A stretch of 64,000 nucleotides of DNA. Origin: Balneolaceae bacterium (GTDB taxonomy: Bacteria; Bacteroidota; Rhodothermia; Balneolales; Balneolaceae). Location: NCBI GenBank assembly GCA_007131725.1, contig SLPZ01000096.1, positions 5,220 to 69,219 of the forward strand. The letters are read 5' to 3'. The notes beneath the pieces are model-generated. The model made no database searches and had not been told where the DNA came from. It saw nothing but the letters and a program-made list of their open reading frames with translations. Positions 40,543 through 49,310 of this stretch are shown here, in pieces (position 1 is the first letter of the stretch; every line of letters starts with the position of its first letter). Both the position numbers and the translations under genes were made by a program.

Positions 40543-42474
40543 TCATAAAATATCACTATCATTTCGGGCGAAATATTCAATTTTATCGACCATTTCCGAT
40601 TCAAACTTATCCTGGTAGGTTTCGCTTAAAAAAGTCAGGATCTCTTCACTGCTTTTAAATTCGGGAGTGTTTTTTGTAGAAAAATTACCATTTTCCGTCT
40701 GATTGTCGAGTACAGGGAAAATCAGTTTTCGAATCTCCCAGGAAAACAGGTTTTCGATAAATTCTACGGCTTTTGCCCGCAGTACGGGATCGCTTCCTGT
40801 GATAGCCCTGTGTGCATGAATCATATCTTCCTGTTCATGATTCAGGCTCAGCAGACGGAAAATATTTTTGGAATGCTGATCAATTTCATATTCAACAAAA
40901 TCAAGGATATTCCCCTCAAGTTCCGGATGGTTTTGCCGTATGAGTGCAGAAATCCGGATTAATTTTGAATACCGGTTTACTTCCGGTTTAAGAGTTTGTG
41001 CTAACTCCGCCGGTGAAATGGAATTGGGTTTGTCGTTGTCCAGATTCTGTTTTTCGGTTTTACTGTCGTAAAAATAGGAACTGATATCTGAATTACTGAA
41101 GTCAGGAACGAAGGGTACGCTTTCTTCGGATGTTTGTAACGGAGGTTCCGTTATGGATTCGTCACTACCTGCAATTTGTTTTCTGATGGAGTTTCGTAAC
41201 TGTTCCACGTAGGATGCACTCGCTTTTCTGGCGATGAGAACCCAAATTGCTACTAAAAGCACCACAACAAAACCAAGGCTTCTTACGCCAAGACCCAAGC
41301 CGTAGGTCAGACCAATGAGCAGCAGGCCGGCCAGTCCCTGAGCGCCGTGTTTCACAAACAGATCAATAAAAACCTTCACCCGTTTTTTTAATTGTGTGCC
41401 CAAAGGCATAAACAATAATTCGCGTCCAGTGCGGTCAATCGAGTGTTTAAATGTCTGATCGATACCTCTTGTCATCGTTGCCATAAAAAGCCCCGGTATC
41501 AATAAAAATGCAGCAGAACTTAGCAGAAGTGCAAATGGCAACAGAAGAATGGATCCGGTAACTCCGTATTTCCTGGTAAAAAAGGCGCCGACAAAAAATT
41601 GAATTAAAAAGGCAATGAGGCTCACCCTTCCGTAAAACCGGCCAATAAAACTGGTTAGTTCGGCTTCGTTATCAAAAGCTGTTTCCACAACAGATTTAAA
41701 CTGAAAATCGATGATGGTGGTAGCAACAACCGAGATCCCGATCAGGCTCATAATCAGAATGAGGTGTTTGTTCTGGAGAATATCAGAAATGGGATGCTTT
41801 GAGCGGGCAGCAATTATTTCACGTTTTTCTTTGAATGTTTTTTCTTTGTGAATTGGCTGACGTTTTTGAATTAAAACCCAGTTAACGATCGGAATGGTGC
41901 CAATTAATATGGCTGCACAAACCGGAAGCAGCGTGTGCGGATTTAAATGAAGCACATCCATAAAAATTCCGGTCAATTCACCCCCGGTAAATGCGCCGGC
42001 AATGGCTCCAAGGCTAAAAAAGGCAAACAACTTTTTTGCCTGTACCGGATCAAAAATTGTATTTGCAAACAGCCAGAATTGGGATGTAATTAAAACACTG
42101 TAAATACTGATCCATACATAAAACGAATAGTACAGCACCGGCAGACCCAGCCGGATAGAAAACCAGATTACCAGCAGGTTGGCAGCTAAAAACAGTGTAA
42201 TAATATTGATTAACCACCCGATTCCAAGGCGTTTTGACAAGCGCGAATAGCCAAGTGAAACAGGTATGACGATAACGGCGGCAAGCAGAAATACAAACGG
42301 CAGTTGGTGAGCTCCAACCTGATCAAGAAAGAGGCCATCGCGCACCGGTTTCAGCAGATAGAGCGTAATCAGCAGAATAAAATTGTAGATAAACATACCT
42401 GCAGCCAGCTTTTTCTCCTGCGGGTCCAGGGAGAACATAGCATTCAGTTGTGACTGCTTTGATTTAAATACCAT
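40543..42474 (-). CDS. NTT/TLC (ATP/ADP translocase, Npt1/Npt2-like) MFS transporter with C-terminal HEAT-like remnant
   Basis: LKPVRD.LFL; FYVW...SQFWLFANTIFDPVQAKKLF; KHSIDRTGRELLFMPL...KVFID; about 12 hydrophobic segments, then a soluble tail with RAKAVEFIEN. Confidence 0.8.
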   Translation of the reverse strand: MVFKSKQSQLNAMFSLDPQEKKLAAGMFIYNFILLITLYLLKPVRDGLFLDQVGAHQLPFVFLLAAVIVIPVSLGYSRLSKRLGIGWLINIITLFLAANLLVIWFSIRLGLPVLYYSFYVWISIYSVLITSQFWLFANTIFDPVQAKKLFAFFSLGAIAGAFTGGELTGIFMDVLHLNPHTLLPVCAAILIGTIPIVNWVLIQKRQPIHKEKTFKEKREIIAARSKHPISDILQNKHLILIMSLIGISVVATTIIDFQFKSVVETAFDNEAELTSFIGRFYGRVSLIAFLIQFFVGAFFTRKYGVTGSILLLPFALLLSSAAFLLIPGLFMATMTRGIDQTFKHSIDRTGRELLFMPLGTQLKKRVKVFIDLFVKHGAQGLAGLLLIGLTYGLGLGVRSLGFVVVLLVAIWVLIARKASASYVEQLRNSIRKQIAGSDESITEPPLQTSEESVPFVPDFSNSDISSYFYDSKTEKQNLDNDKPNSISPAELAQTLKPEVNRYSKLIRISALIRQNHPELEGNILDFVEYEIDQHSKNIFRLLSLNHEQEDMIHAHRAITGSDPVLRAKAVEFIENLFSWEIRKLIFPVLDNQTENGNFSTKNTPEFKSSEEILTFLSETYQDKFESEMVDKIEYFARNDSDIL

Positions 42475-42725
42475 TGTACGGATGCCTTCTATAAGAGCGA
42501 ATCAGTCCTTTCAGAAATTACGGATGTTAGTGGTTTTTAGTGTAGCTGTGATTAGCAACTCCAAATTTGATGCTATCAATGAGTTGGGGAAGATTTTAAA
42601 CTGTTAAAATTTTTACTTGAACAATGGAGTTCGTTTGATTTTAATCATCAGAAGAATCTATCCCCAAAAAATTGAAACATCTCTCTAAAATAAGGTTTTA
42701 TTAAACCATAATCTGTAAAGTGAAT

Positions 42726-42757
42726 AAAAAAAGCAGCCCGTTATCCACGGGCTGCTT
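42726..42757 (-). terminator. Rho-independent terminator after leucine dehydrogenase
   Basis: AAGCAGCCCG/CGGGCTGCTT stem; A run on + strand gives a U tail on the minus strand. Confidence 0.85.
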
Positions 42758-42788
42758 CCTGTTAGTGAACCATAGTGAACGGATATAA

Positions 42789-43961
42789 TTAACAACGGTT
42801 TTTGTAGTAGATCTCTCCTTCCCTGTTCGAAAGCTGGCTTTTGGATGAATAAATAGTACTTACCCTGCCAACATTCCGAATACGGTGTTCGGCAAGAATA
42901 TTGGATGCATCGTTTGGTGTAATTCCGTGCCGGTCGGCATAATCAAATATATCGATGGTAGTGTCGTAGATACGAGCAGTTTTTTCCATTGCACGCTGCT
43001 CGTTGTATCCTTCCAACTCGCTCGATACATTGATCAATCCGCCGGCGTTGATGACATAGTCAGGGGCATAGAGAATATTGCGCTCCCTGAGCATCTCTCC
43101 GTGTTTCTTTTCATTGTCCAATATATTGTTAGCACCTCCGGCTATAATTCCGCACGTAAGGTGATTAATAGTGTCATCATTAACAACACCGCCTAAAGCA
43201 CACGGACTGAAAATATCCATGTCGAGGCTGTAGATTTGATCCGGGTTTATCACTTTGGCCCCGGTTTCATTCGCAACCTTGATCGCTTTCTTTTCAAATA
43301 TATCGGTTACAAAAATCTTTGCATTTTCTTTTTTAAGATACCGGGCAAGATGTGAAGCAACAGATCCTGCTCCCTGAATACCAATTCTTTTGTCTTCGAG
43401 AGAGTCGCTGCCGTATGCTTTTTTAGCAGAAGCTTTCATGCCCATGTATACTCCATAAGCAGTAACCGGCGAAGGATCGCCGCTGCCGCCAAGTGTTTTG
43501 GGAATGCCTGCCACATATTTTGTTTCAGAAAAGATCCACTCCATCTCCTTTTCAGTCATTCCAACATCTTCTGCGGTTATGTATCTGCCGGCAAGTCCGT
43601 CCACATAACGGCCAAATGCTCTGAATAATGGTTCGGTTTTGTCTTTAGCAGAATCGCCAATAATCACTCCTTTTCCTCCGCCAAGATTCAGCCCTGATAT
43701 GGCAGATTTATAAGTCATGCCCCGGGCAAGGCGCAGTACATCTTTGATGGCTTCATTTTCCGATCCGTAATTCCACATTCTCACACCTCCCAGTGCCGGG
43801 CCGAGCGTGGTATCATGAATGGCAATAATTGCTTTAAGCCCAACTTCCGGGCGAGAACAAAATACGAGCTGTTCATGCTCCATATTTGTAAGCTCATTGA
43901 TGAGAGGGAAATTTTTGTCGGTCTCTTTCTTTTTTTCGGGTATTAATAATGAATCTTCCAT
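42789..43961 (-). CDS. Glu/Leu/Phe/Val dehydrogenase (leucine dehydrogenase-like)
   Basis: HDTTLGPALGG, GMTYK, GGGKG, TAEDVG, GDPSPVTA, GGANN, PDYVINAGG. Confidence 0.92.
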   Translation of the reverse strand: MEDSLLIPEKKKETDKNFPLINELTNMEHEQLVFCSRPEVGLKAIIAIHDTTLGPALGGVRMWNYGSENEAIKDVLRLARGMTYKSAISGLNLGGGKGVIIGDSAKDKTEPLFRAFGRYVDGLAGRYITAEDVGMTEKEMEWIFSETKYVAGIPKTLGGSGDPSPVTAYGVYMGMKASAKKAYGSDSLEDKRIGIQGAGSVASHLARYLKKENAKIFVTDIFEKKAIKVANETGAKVINPDQIYSLDMDIFSPCALGGVVNDDTINHLTCGIIAGGANNILDNEKKHGEMLRERNILYAPDYVINAGGLINVSSELEGYNEQRAMEKTARIYDTTIDIFDYADRHGITPNDASNILAEHRIRNVGRVSTIYSSKSQLSNREGEIYYKNRC

Positions 43962-44061
43962 GTCAAAAACCGGTTGATTTAATTTAGTTTGGTAGCGCTT
44001 CCAAAAGATATGAATTTTACTACAATTATGACAACCATGAAAGAAATTTGCAGCAGAATAC

Positions 44062-44430
44062 TTACTGCTTTTTACATTCAGTCTTTATCTGTTTTTGTTT
44101 ATAAACAGGCAGGTTTTGAACAACTAACTGGTACGATTCAGAAATCCATTCCTCAATCAGGCTGTCGGGAATGTTGCTGTTCATTTCAATTGTGTTCCAG
44201 TGCTTTTTATTCATGTGGTATCCCGGAATCACAACATTGGGAAATGCTTCTCTCAGTTCGATGGCTTTTTGTGGGATACACTTTAGATTAATGCTTTCAA
44301 ATTCATCAATATCACACAGTGCAAACATTTTTCCCATTACTTTAAAAACCAGTGTATTGTCATCAAACGGTAATTCTTCTTCAGCTCCTGGAAATGACAG
44401 GCAAAAATTTCTGAATTCTTCTATGTTCAT
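44062..44430 (-). CDS. MmcQ/YjbR family protein
   Basis: FKVMGKMFAL, PGYHMNKKHWNT, SYQLVV. Confidence 0.9.
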   Translation of the reverse strand: MNIEEFRNFCLSFPGAEEELPFDDNTLVFKVMGKMFALCDIDEFESINLKCIPQKAIELREAFPNVVIPGYHMNKKHWNTIEMNSNIPDSLIEEWISESYQLVVQNLPVYKQKQIKTECKKQ

Positions 44431-44517
44431 TTTATGTTTCGGTTTTTGATTATAAGTGTTTAGACAGTGAACTTAGAATTATCTACATCTGCATTACCAA
44501 TATATTGTTTATAGTTT

Positions 44518-44525
44518 TAACTTTG
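44518..44525 (+). promoter_or_regulatory. Putative -7 box (TAACTTTG) for tyrA
   Basis: Matches TAnnTTTG about 70 nt upstream of ATG 44593. Confidence 0.4.
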
Positions 44526-44592
44526 GTCTTGCCAAAAACCGGCTGTTTATGGCTGCGTGCTCAGATGAAATAAAGATTATCGAAAAATACGA

Positions 44593-45723
44593 ATGACAGA
44601 TCAAAAAGAATTAGAAAACCAGCGCAATAATATTGATCAGATCGATGAAGAGATTCTCGACCTCCTTCAAAAGAGAAAAAAAGTAGTACAGGATGTATTG
44701 AAGAAAAAGGTGGAGAATCAATTGCCCGTATTTGTAGCACGACGTGAAATTGAAAAAACAGATTCATTCAGGGAAAAAGCAATAAAGAGAGGAATTGATC
44801 CGGATTGGGCTGAGGATTTTTTACGAATGGTGATGGCAGCTTCCCGGGCGGCACAATCTGCTGAAACATTTCCGCGCGCTACGGAACGCCCAATGCACAT
44901 CCTCTACGTGGGCGGTGAAGGCGGTATGGGCCTGTTATACCGCAGGTTTACAGAAAAAAGCGGCCATATACCCTACAGTCTCGACAAGGGAAACTGGTAT
45001 GAGCTGGAAGCGATGGCGCCAAAACTGGATATGGTGATCATTACCGTACCAATTAATGTAACCATCGATGTTATTGACCGGATTTCAAAAAAACTGAAAC
45101 CGGGAACTATTCTTGCCGACTTTACAAGCAACAAAAGCGAACCACTCAGGGCGATGCTGCAAGCCCATCCCGGCCCCGTTGTCGGTTTGCACCCTATGCA
45201 CGGGCCGGATGTGCCAAACCTATCCAAACAGTTGATGGTTTTTTGCGCCGGCCGTGAATCGGAAAAAGCTGATTGGTTTAAAGAACAATGCAAGTTGTGG
45301 GGCATGCGCATTATAGAAGCTGAACCGGACAAGCACGACCACGTGATGAACCTTGTGCAGGGCCTGCGCCATTTCGTGGCACTGATGCACGGATCGTTTA
45401 TGAAGGATTTTGAGCTGAAACCGGCTGAAATGCTCAACTATTCAAGTCCTATTTACCGTGCCGAACTGATGATGACCGGCCGGATATTTGCCCAGGATGC
45501 CGAACTCTATGCCGACATTGTATTTGCAAATAAAGAACGTAGAGATCTTCTACTCACCTTTTTCAATCATCAAAAAAGATTGATGAAAATGGTTGAGGAG
45601 GATGATAAAAAAGGATTTATCAAAGAGTTCGAGTCTGTTACCGATTTCTTCGGAAGTTTTGCCTCCCAGGCACTTGTGGAAAGCGGATACCTCATTAATA
45701 GATTGGCTGATCGCTTCTCTTAA
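44593..45723 (+). CDS. tyrA: Bifunctional chorismate mutase/prephenate dehydrogenase (T-protein)
   Basis: N-terminal AroQ domain (R..ID.ID..IL.LL..R); GG.GGMG; DFTSNK; HPMHGP; HDHVM..VQGLRHF. Confidence 0.93.
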   Translation: MTDQKELENQRNNIDQIDEEILDLLQKRKKVVQDVLKKKVENQLPVFVARREIEKTDSFREKAIKRGIDPDWAEDFLRMVMAASRAAQSAETFPRATERPMHILYVGGEGGMGLLYRRFTEKSGHIPYSLDKGNWYELEAMAPKLDMVIITVPINVTIDVIDRISKKLKPGTILADFTSNKSEPLRAMLQAHPGPVVGLHPMHGPDVPNLSKQLMVFCAGRESEKADWFKEQCKLWGMRIIEAEPDKHDHVMNLVQGLRHFVALMHGSFMKDFELKPAEMLNYSSPIYRAELMMTGRIFAQDAELYADIVFANKERRDLLLTFFNHQKRLMKMVEEDDKKGFIKEFESVTDFFGSFASQALVESGYLINRLADRFS

Positions 45724-45997
45724 ATTCAAATAAATCGTTTTTACTGGTATCGGTCATTTCTTGCCAAAGATGTAAAAAGAAACATTACAATAATTTAATC
45801 AAAAAAAATTGTAACAGTTCTGTTTTTTTTGCATCTATATAATCAGAAAGATATGAGAAACTTCCTGTTTCCACAGTGATTAAGTATCTGTATATAGTTA
45901 GATCTTTGCTGTTTCAAAAGATCAACAGATAGATTATCAAGGTTGAAGACCAACACTTGCTTATTTATTTCCTTCAAACACAAATATAGGGGAAAAG

Positions 45998-46372
45998 ATG
46001 AGAGATCGATTAAACATCGCCGATTCGATAATTATTCTGAAATCAAATCTTGAAAACACTGCAAGAGTAGCAGAGTGGGCTGAATTAATGGGATATTCAA
46101 ACCCAAAAAGATTTGCCAGGAAATTTTTAAGGCATTTTTCTGTGCGCCCGCAAACCTGCCTTAAGTGCATCCGACTGGAAAGTATATTAACCTCACTCAG
46201 AAATGATAATACGTCGAATTTTGAGATTGCCAGAAAATATGGCATACCCGATGAAATTGCGCTCAACAAATATATAAACTATCACCTGCATTGCTCTCCA
46301 TCTCAGGTGAAGTGTATGCCGGAAAAACAATTACAGGAAAAAGTAGAAAAATTAGGTAGTAAAGTTAGGTAG
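45998..46372 (+). CDS. Stand-alone AraC-type HTH protein (no effector domain) upstream of the CIS locus
   Basis: VAEWAELMGYSNPKRFARKF...P...IRL...IARKYGIPDE..L.K....SPSQ double-HTH pattern. Confidence 0.65.
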   Translation: MRDRLNIADSIIILKSNLENTARVAEWAELMGYSNPKRFARKFLRHFSVRPQTCLKCIRLESILTSLRNDNTSNFEIARKYGIPDEIALNKYINYHLHCSPSQVKCMPEKQLQEKVEKLGSKVR

Positions 46373-46416
46373 TGCAGATCTGCTGAAAATTAAAAACATT
46401 GTTCTGTGGTATCAGC

Positions 46417-46459
46417 AAGAAGTGTCCACTTCTTAGAATCTGTGATGGCATTTCACAGA
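46417..46459. promoter_or_regulatory. Two adjacent palindromes, candidate operator sites or leader hairpins of the CIS operon
   Basis: AAGAAGTG-TC-CACTTCTT (46417-46434) and TCTGTGA-N7-TCACAGA (46439-46459). Confidence 0.4.
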
Positions 46460-46543
46460 CTTAAACGGTTCAACTTATTAGATAAGAAAAGTTAACTGAA
46501 AAGAGTAGTGTAGAGTGATAATTTTAATCGGTTGAGAGATTCG

Positions 46544-47095
46544 ATGATTAATCAATCCCTGGAATTTATATCAGATGAACTGGCTTTGGGCTTGGGGATT
46601 ACATCGGATGTTAGTGTTGAAAACCTGAGCAAAATTAAAGATGAAAATTTATCCGGCCTGATAATTTCGCTTTTAAATGTTCAGGAAGAATCCACGCTGA
46701 AAAATTCACCACATGTGATTCGAAAAGCTAACCGCCTCGCTTACAAGGAGCCACCGGTTTATTTAAATCTCTATACACTGATGGCTTTTGAATTTGAAGA
46801 TTATGGAACCAGCTTGCAGCGTCTTGAAGAAACAGTACTTTATTTTCAAAATAAAAGCTGGTTTTCATCAGAAAATGAGCGCGCTGACAATCCTTTTCCC
46901 TCAGGTTTAAAAAAACTGATTTTAGATCTTCAGAATCTCACATTCGAACAATTAAATCATATCTGGAGTATTTCGGGAGGTTCTCACTGCCTGTCCTTGC
47001 TCTACAGAATCCGACTAGTGATAATTGAACCAGTGGATGAAATAGATGCACCTGAAATTGACACAATTAAACTTGAATCCGGACTATTAAAATAA
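46544..47095 (+). CDS. CIS cap/terminator protein (Pvc16/Afp16, DUF4255)
   Basis: ISLLNVQEE, PPVYLNLY, FQNK..F, LTFEQLNHIW...G....SLLY; first gene of the cluster. ATG 46544 preferred to TTG 46532. Confidence 0.85.
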   Translation: MINQSLEFISDELALGLGITSDVSVENLSKIKDENLSGLIISLLNVQEESTLKNSPHVIRKANRLAYKEPPVYLNLYTLMAFEFEDYGTSLQRLEETVLYFQNKSWFSSENERADNPFPSGLKKLILDLQNLTFEQLNHIWSISGGSHCLSLLYRIRLVIIEPVDEIDAPEIDTIKLESGLLK

Positions 47096-47103
47096 TCGAT
47101 CAG

Positions 47104-47877
47104 ATGGGTTTCATCACAAAATATAACCGATTTATATCTGTGAATATGCTCGAAGAGGGAAGTGAGAAGCCTTTGCAGATTTTCAGGTTTTTTGCAACAT
47201 CAGCCACAAGCCGGAAACTGGCAAATTATAATCTTGTATTTCGGCCGCATCCGGGAGGATTCAGGATATTTTATAGTGAAACACCGATTATTCCGGTTTC
47301 AGAAAGAATTCGCTTAACATTTGGCATATCGGTTAACAGCGGTGAGCTGAATAATAAGTTTGACCTGTCAAATTCTGATGGGGAGGAAACAGCAGAACTG
47401 GAGCCCGGCCTCTGTTTCGATAATCTTGCAGCAGATGGCTCAGTAATCACAAATACTCCTGCATCCATTGCAGCAGAGAGTGACGGAACAAATGAATTTG
47501 TAACAGCAGCAGATACCCGGCGCCTGTATGGTAAGACATTCAGAATTCTGCATAAACCGGGCCAAGAACTGCCTGCGGGTTACATATTAAAACACCAGTA
47601 CAATCCTGCTCTTGAATTAACTGTTCCCGTTGAGCCTGCCGATACAGGAACGGTTATCACTACCATAAATCCGATAAATTCGGATGACTATCTGAAAGAA
47701 TCAGGCCCGTACCTGTTAGAAAAAACTGATTCTGAAGAGATCAGGAGACTATATCTGCACAACGAACTGTGGCAAAAATCGGCAAGCGGCGTCATCGATT
47801 TGTATTGGGAAACATCACAGAATACAGTTGATGCAGAAACCGGCCAAATCTATCACATAACCTTTAAGCCTAAATAA
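47104..47877 (+). CDS. CIS-associated protein, possible cap adaptor (Alg16B-like by position)
   Basis: Between cap and sheath genes, co-oriented with gaps of about 10 nt; function inferred from synteny only. Confidence 0.5.
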   Translation: MGFITKYNRFISVNMLEEGSEKPLQIFRFFATSATSRKLANYNLVFRPHPGGFRIFYSETPIIPVSERIRLTFGISVNSGELNNKFDLSNSDGEETAELEPGLCFDNLAADGSVITNTPASIAAESDGTNEFVTAADTRRLYGKTFRILHKPGQELPAGYILKHQYNPALELTVPVEPADTGTVITTINPINSDDYLKESGPYLLEKTDSEEIRRLYLHNELWQKSASGVIDLYWETSQNTVDAETGQIYHITFKPK

Positions 47878-47887
47878 ACCGAACAAA

Positions 47888-49294
47888 ATGGCACCTTACA
47901 AAACACCCGGCGTTTATGTTGAAGAAATCTCATTATTTCCACCCTCGGTTGCCCAGGCGGCAACAGCGATTCCGGCATTTATCGGATATACGGAGATGGG
48001 ACCCGAAGAGCCAACCAGAATCAGGTCTATGGTTGATTACCGAACCATTTTTGGCGGCCCGTCAAAAGAACTCCCGACTTTTAATATAGATGGCGACGGC
48101 AACATCAGCCCGGAAAATGAAATTCCGAAAACTCCGGTTTACAGGATGTACTACATGCTTGAGCTCTACTTTTCGAACGGAGGCGGGCCTTGCTACATCA
48201 TTTCGGCAGGATCCTATCAAACAACACCGGCCGTAACACCTTCGGATTTTACGGATGCACTGGATTTACTGAAAAAAGAAGACGAACCCACTTTAATCCT
48301 CTTCCCCGATGCCGGTTCAGTCAGTAGTGCAACAGATTATCATGGTTTGTATGTTGCAGCTCTTTCGCAGTGTGCTGAGCTGGGCGACCGTTTTGCAATC
48401 TGTGATGTGAGACATGCACCCTCATCAAGCAACAACCCGGTTGGCGACGCCGCAACTGCCTTCAGAAATGGAATCGGTACAAACCATCTGATGTATGGCG
48501 CGGCCTATTATCCTAACCTGAAAACGTCTTTAGTTCACCAATATGCAGAAGATGAACTAACCGTGAATAACAATGGAACAGAAATTGTACTTCGCCACAG
48601 CGATGAAACTATACGTGAGAATTCAGCGATGGAGAATCAATCTCTTTTTCATATTAATGACGGAGCTTCCCGAAAGAAATATTACGACATCCGAAAAATG
48701 ATTGAGGATGTGAAGCTGGTATTGCCTCCCTCAGCGGCTATTGCCGGGGCCTTTGCCAAAGTAGATGCTACAAGAGGCGTGTGGAAATCTCCTGCGAATG
48801 TATCTCTGAACAGGGTAAAAGCACCTGAAATAACGATAGATCATTCTGAGCAGGAGGATTTAAATGTGAGCGATACAGGCAAATCCATCAATGCAATCCG
48901 GTTCTTTAGCGGAAAGGGTGTGTTGATCTGGGGCGCCCGTACACTGGATGGAAACAGCAACGAGTGGCGATACATTTCGGTTCGGCGCTTTTTCAACATG
49001 GTTGAGGAGTCGGTAAAAAAAGCAACCGAACGTTTTGTATTTGAACCGAACGACGCCAATACCTGGATGAAGGTTAAAGCGATGATCGAAAACTTTTTAA
49101 CCCTGCAGTGGCGCGCCGGCGCTTTGATGGGAGGCAAAGCTGATGAAGCCTTTTTTGTAAGAGTTGGCCTGGGCGAAACAATGACTGAAGACGATGTACT
49201 GAACGGCAGAATGATTGTAGAGATCGGAATGGCAGCTGTACGGCCTGCAGAATTTATCATCCTGCGTTTTTCTCACAAAATGATTGAATCCTGA
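47888..49294 (+). CDS. Contractile tail sheath protein 1 (Afp2/3/4-like)
   Basis: YKTPGVYVEE, TAIPAFIGYT, RGVWKSPAN, WGARTL, WRYISVRR, FEPN, PAEFI. Confidence 0.95.
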   Translation: MAPYKTPGVYVEEISLFPPSVAQAATAIPAFIGYTEMGPEEPTRIRSMVDYRTIFGGPSKELPTFNIDGDGNISPENEIPKTPVYRMYYMLELYFSNGGGPCYIISAGSYQTTPAVTPSDFTDALDLLKKEDEPTLILFPDAGSVSSATDYHGLYVAALSQCAELGDRFAICDVRHAPSSSNNPVGDAATAFRNGIGTNHLMYGAAYYPNLKTSLVHQYAEDELTVNNNGTEIVLRHSDETIRENSAMENQSLFHINDGASRKKYYDIRKMIEDVKLVLPPSAAIAGAFAKVDATRGVWKSPANVSLNRVKAPEITIDHSEQEDLNVSDTGKSINAIRFFSGKGVLIWGARTLDGNSNEWRYISVRRFFNMVEESVKKATERFVFEPNDANTWMKVKAMIENFLTLQWRAGALMGGKADEAFFVRVGLGETMTEDDVLNGRMIVEIGMAAVRPAEFIILRFSHKMIES

Positions 49295-49310
49295 ACAAAA
49301 TGAAAAAGCC

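Noticed and set aside
42741-42749. DnaA-box-like TTATCCACG
   Set aside because: Single mismatched copy in a terminator loop; no origin features.
46352-46378. RfaH ops element
   Set aside because: Shares only GGTAG with GGCGGTAGnnTG, and no RfaH/UpxY gene is in the window.
46441-46457. CRP site (TGTGA...TCACA)
   Set aside because: Spacer is 7 nt rather than 6; kept only as an unassigned palindrome.
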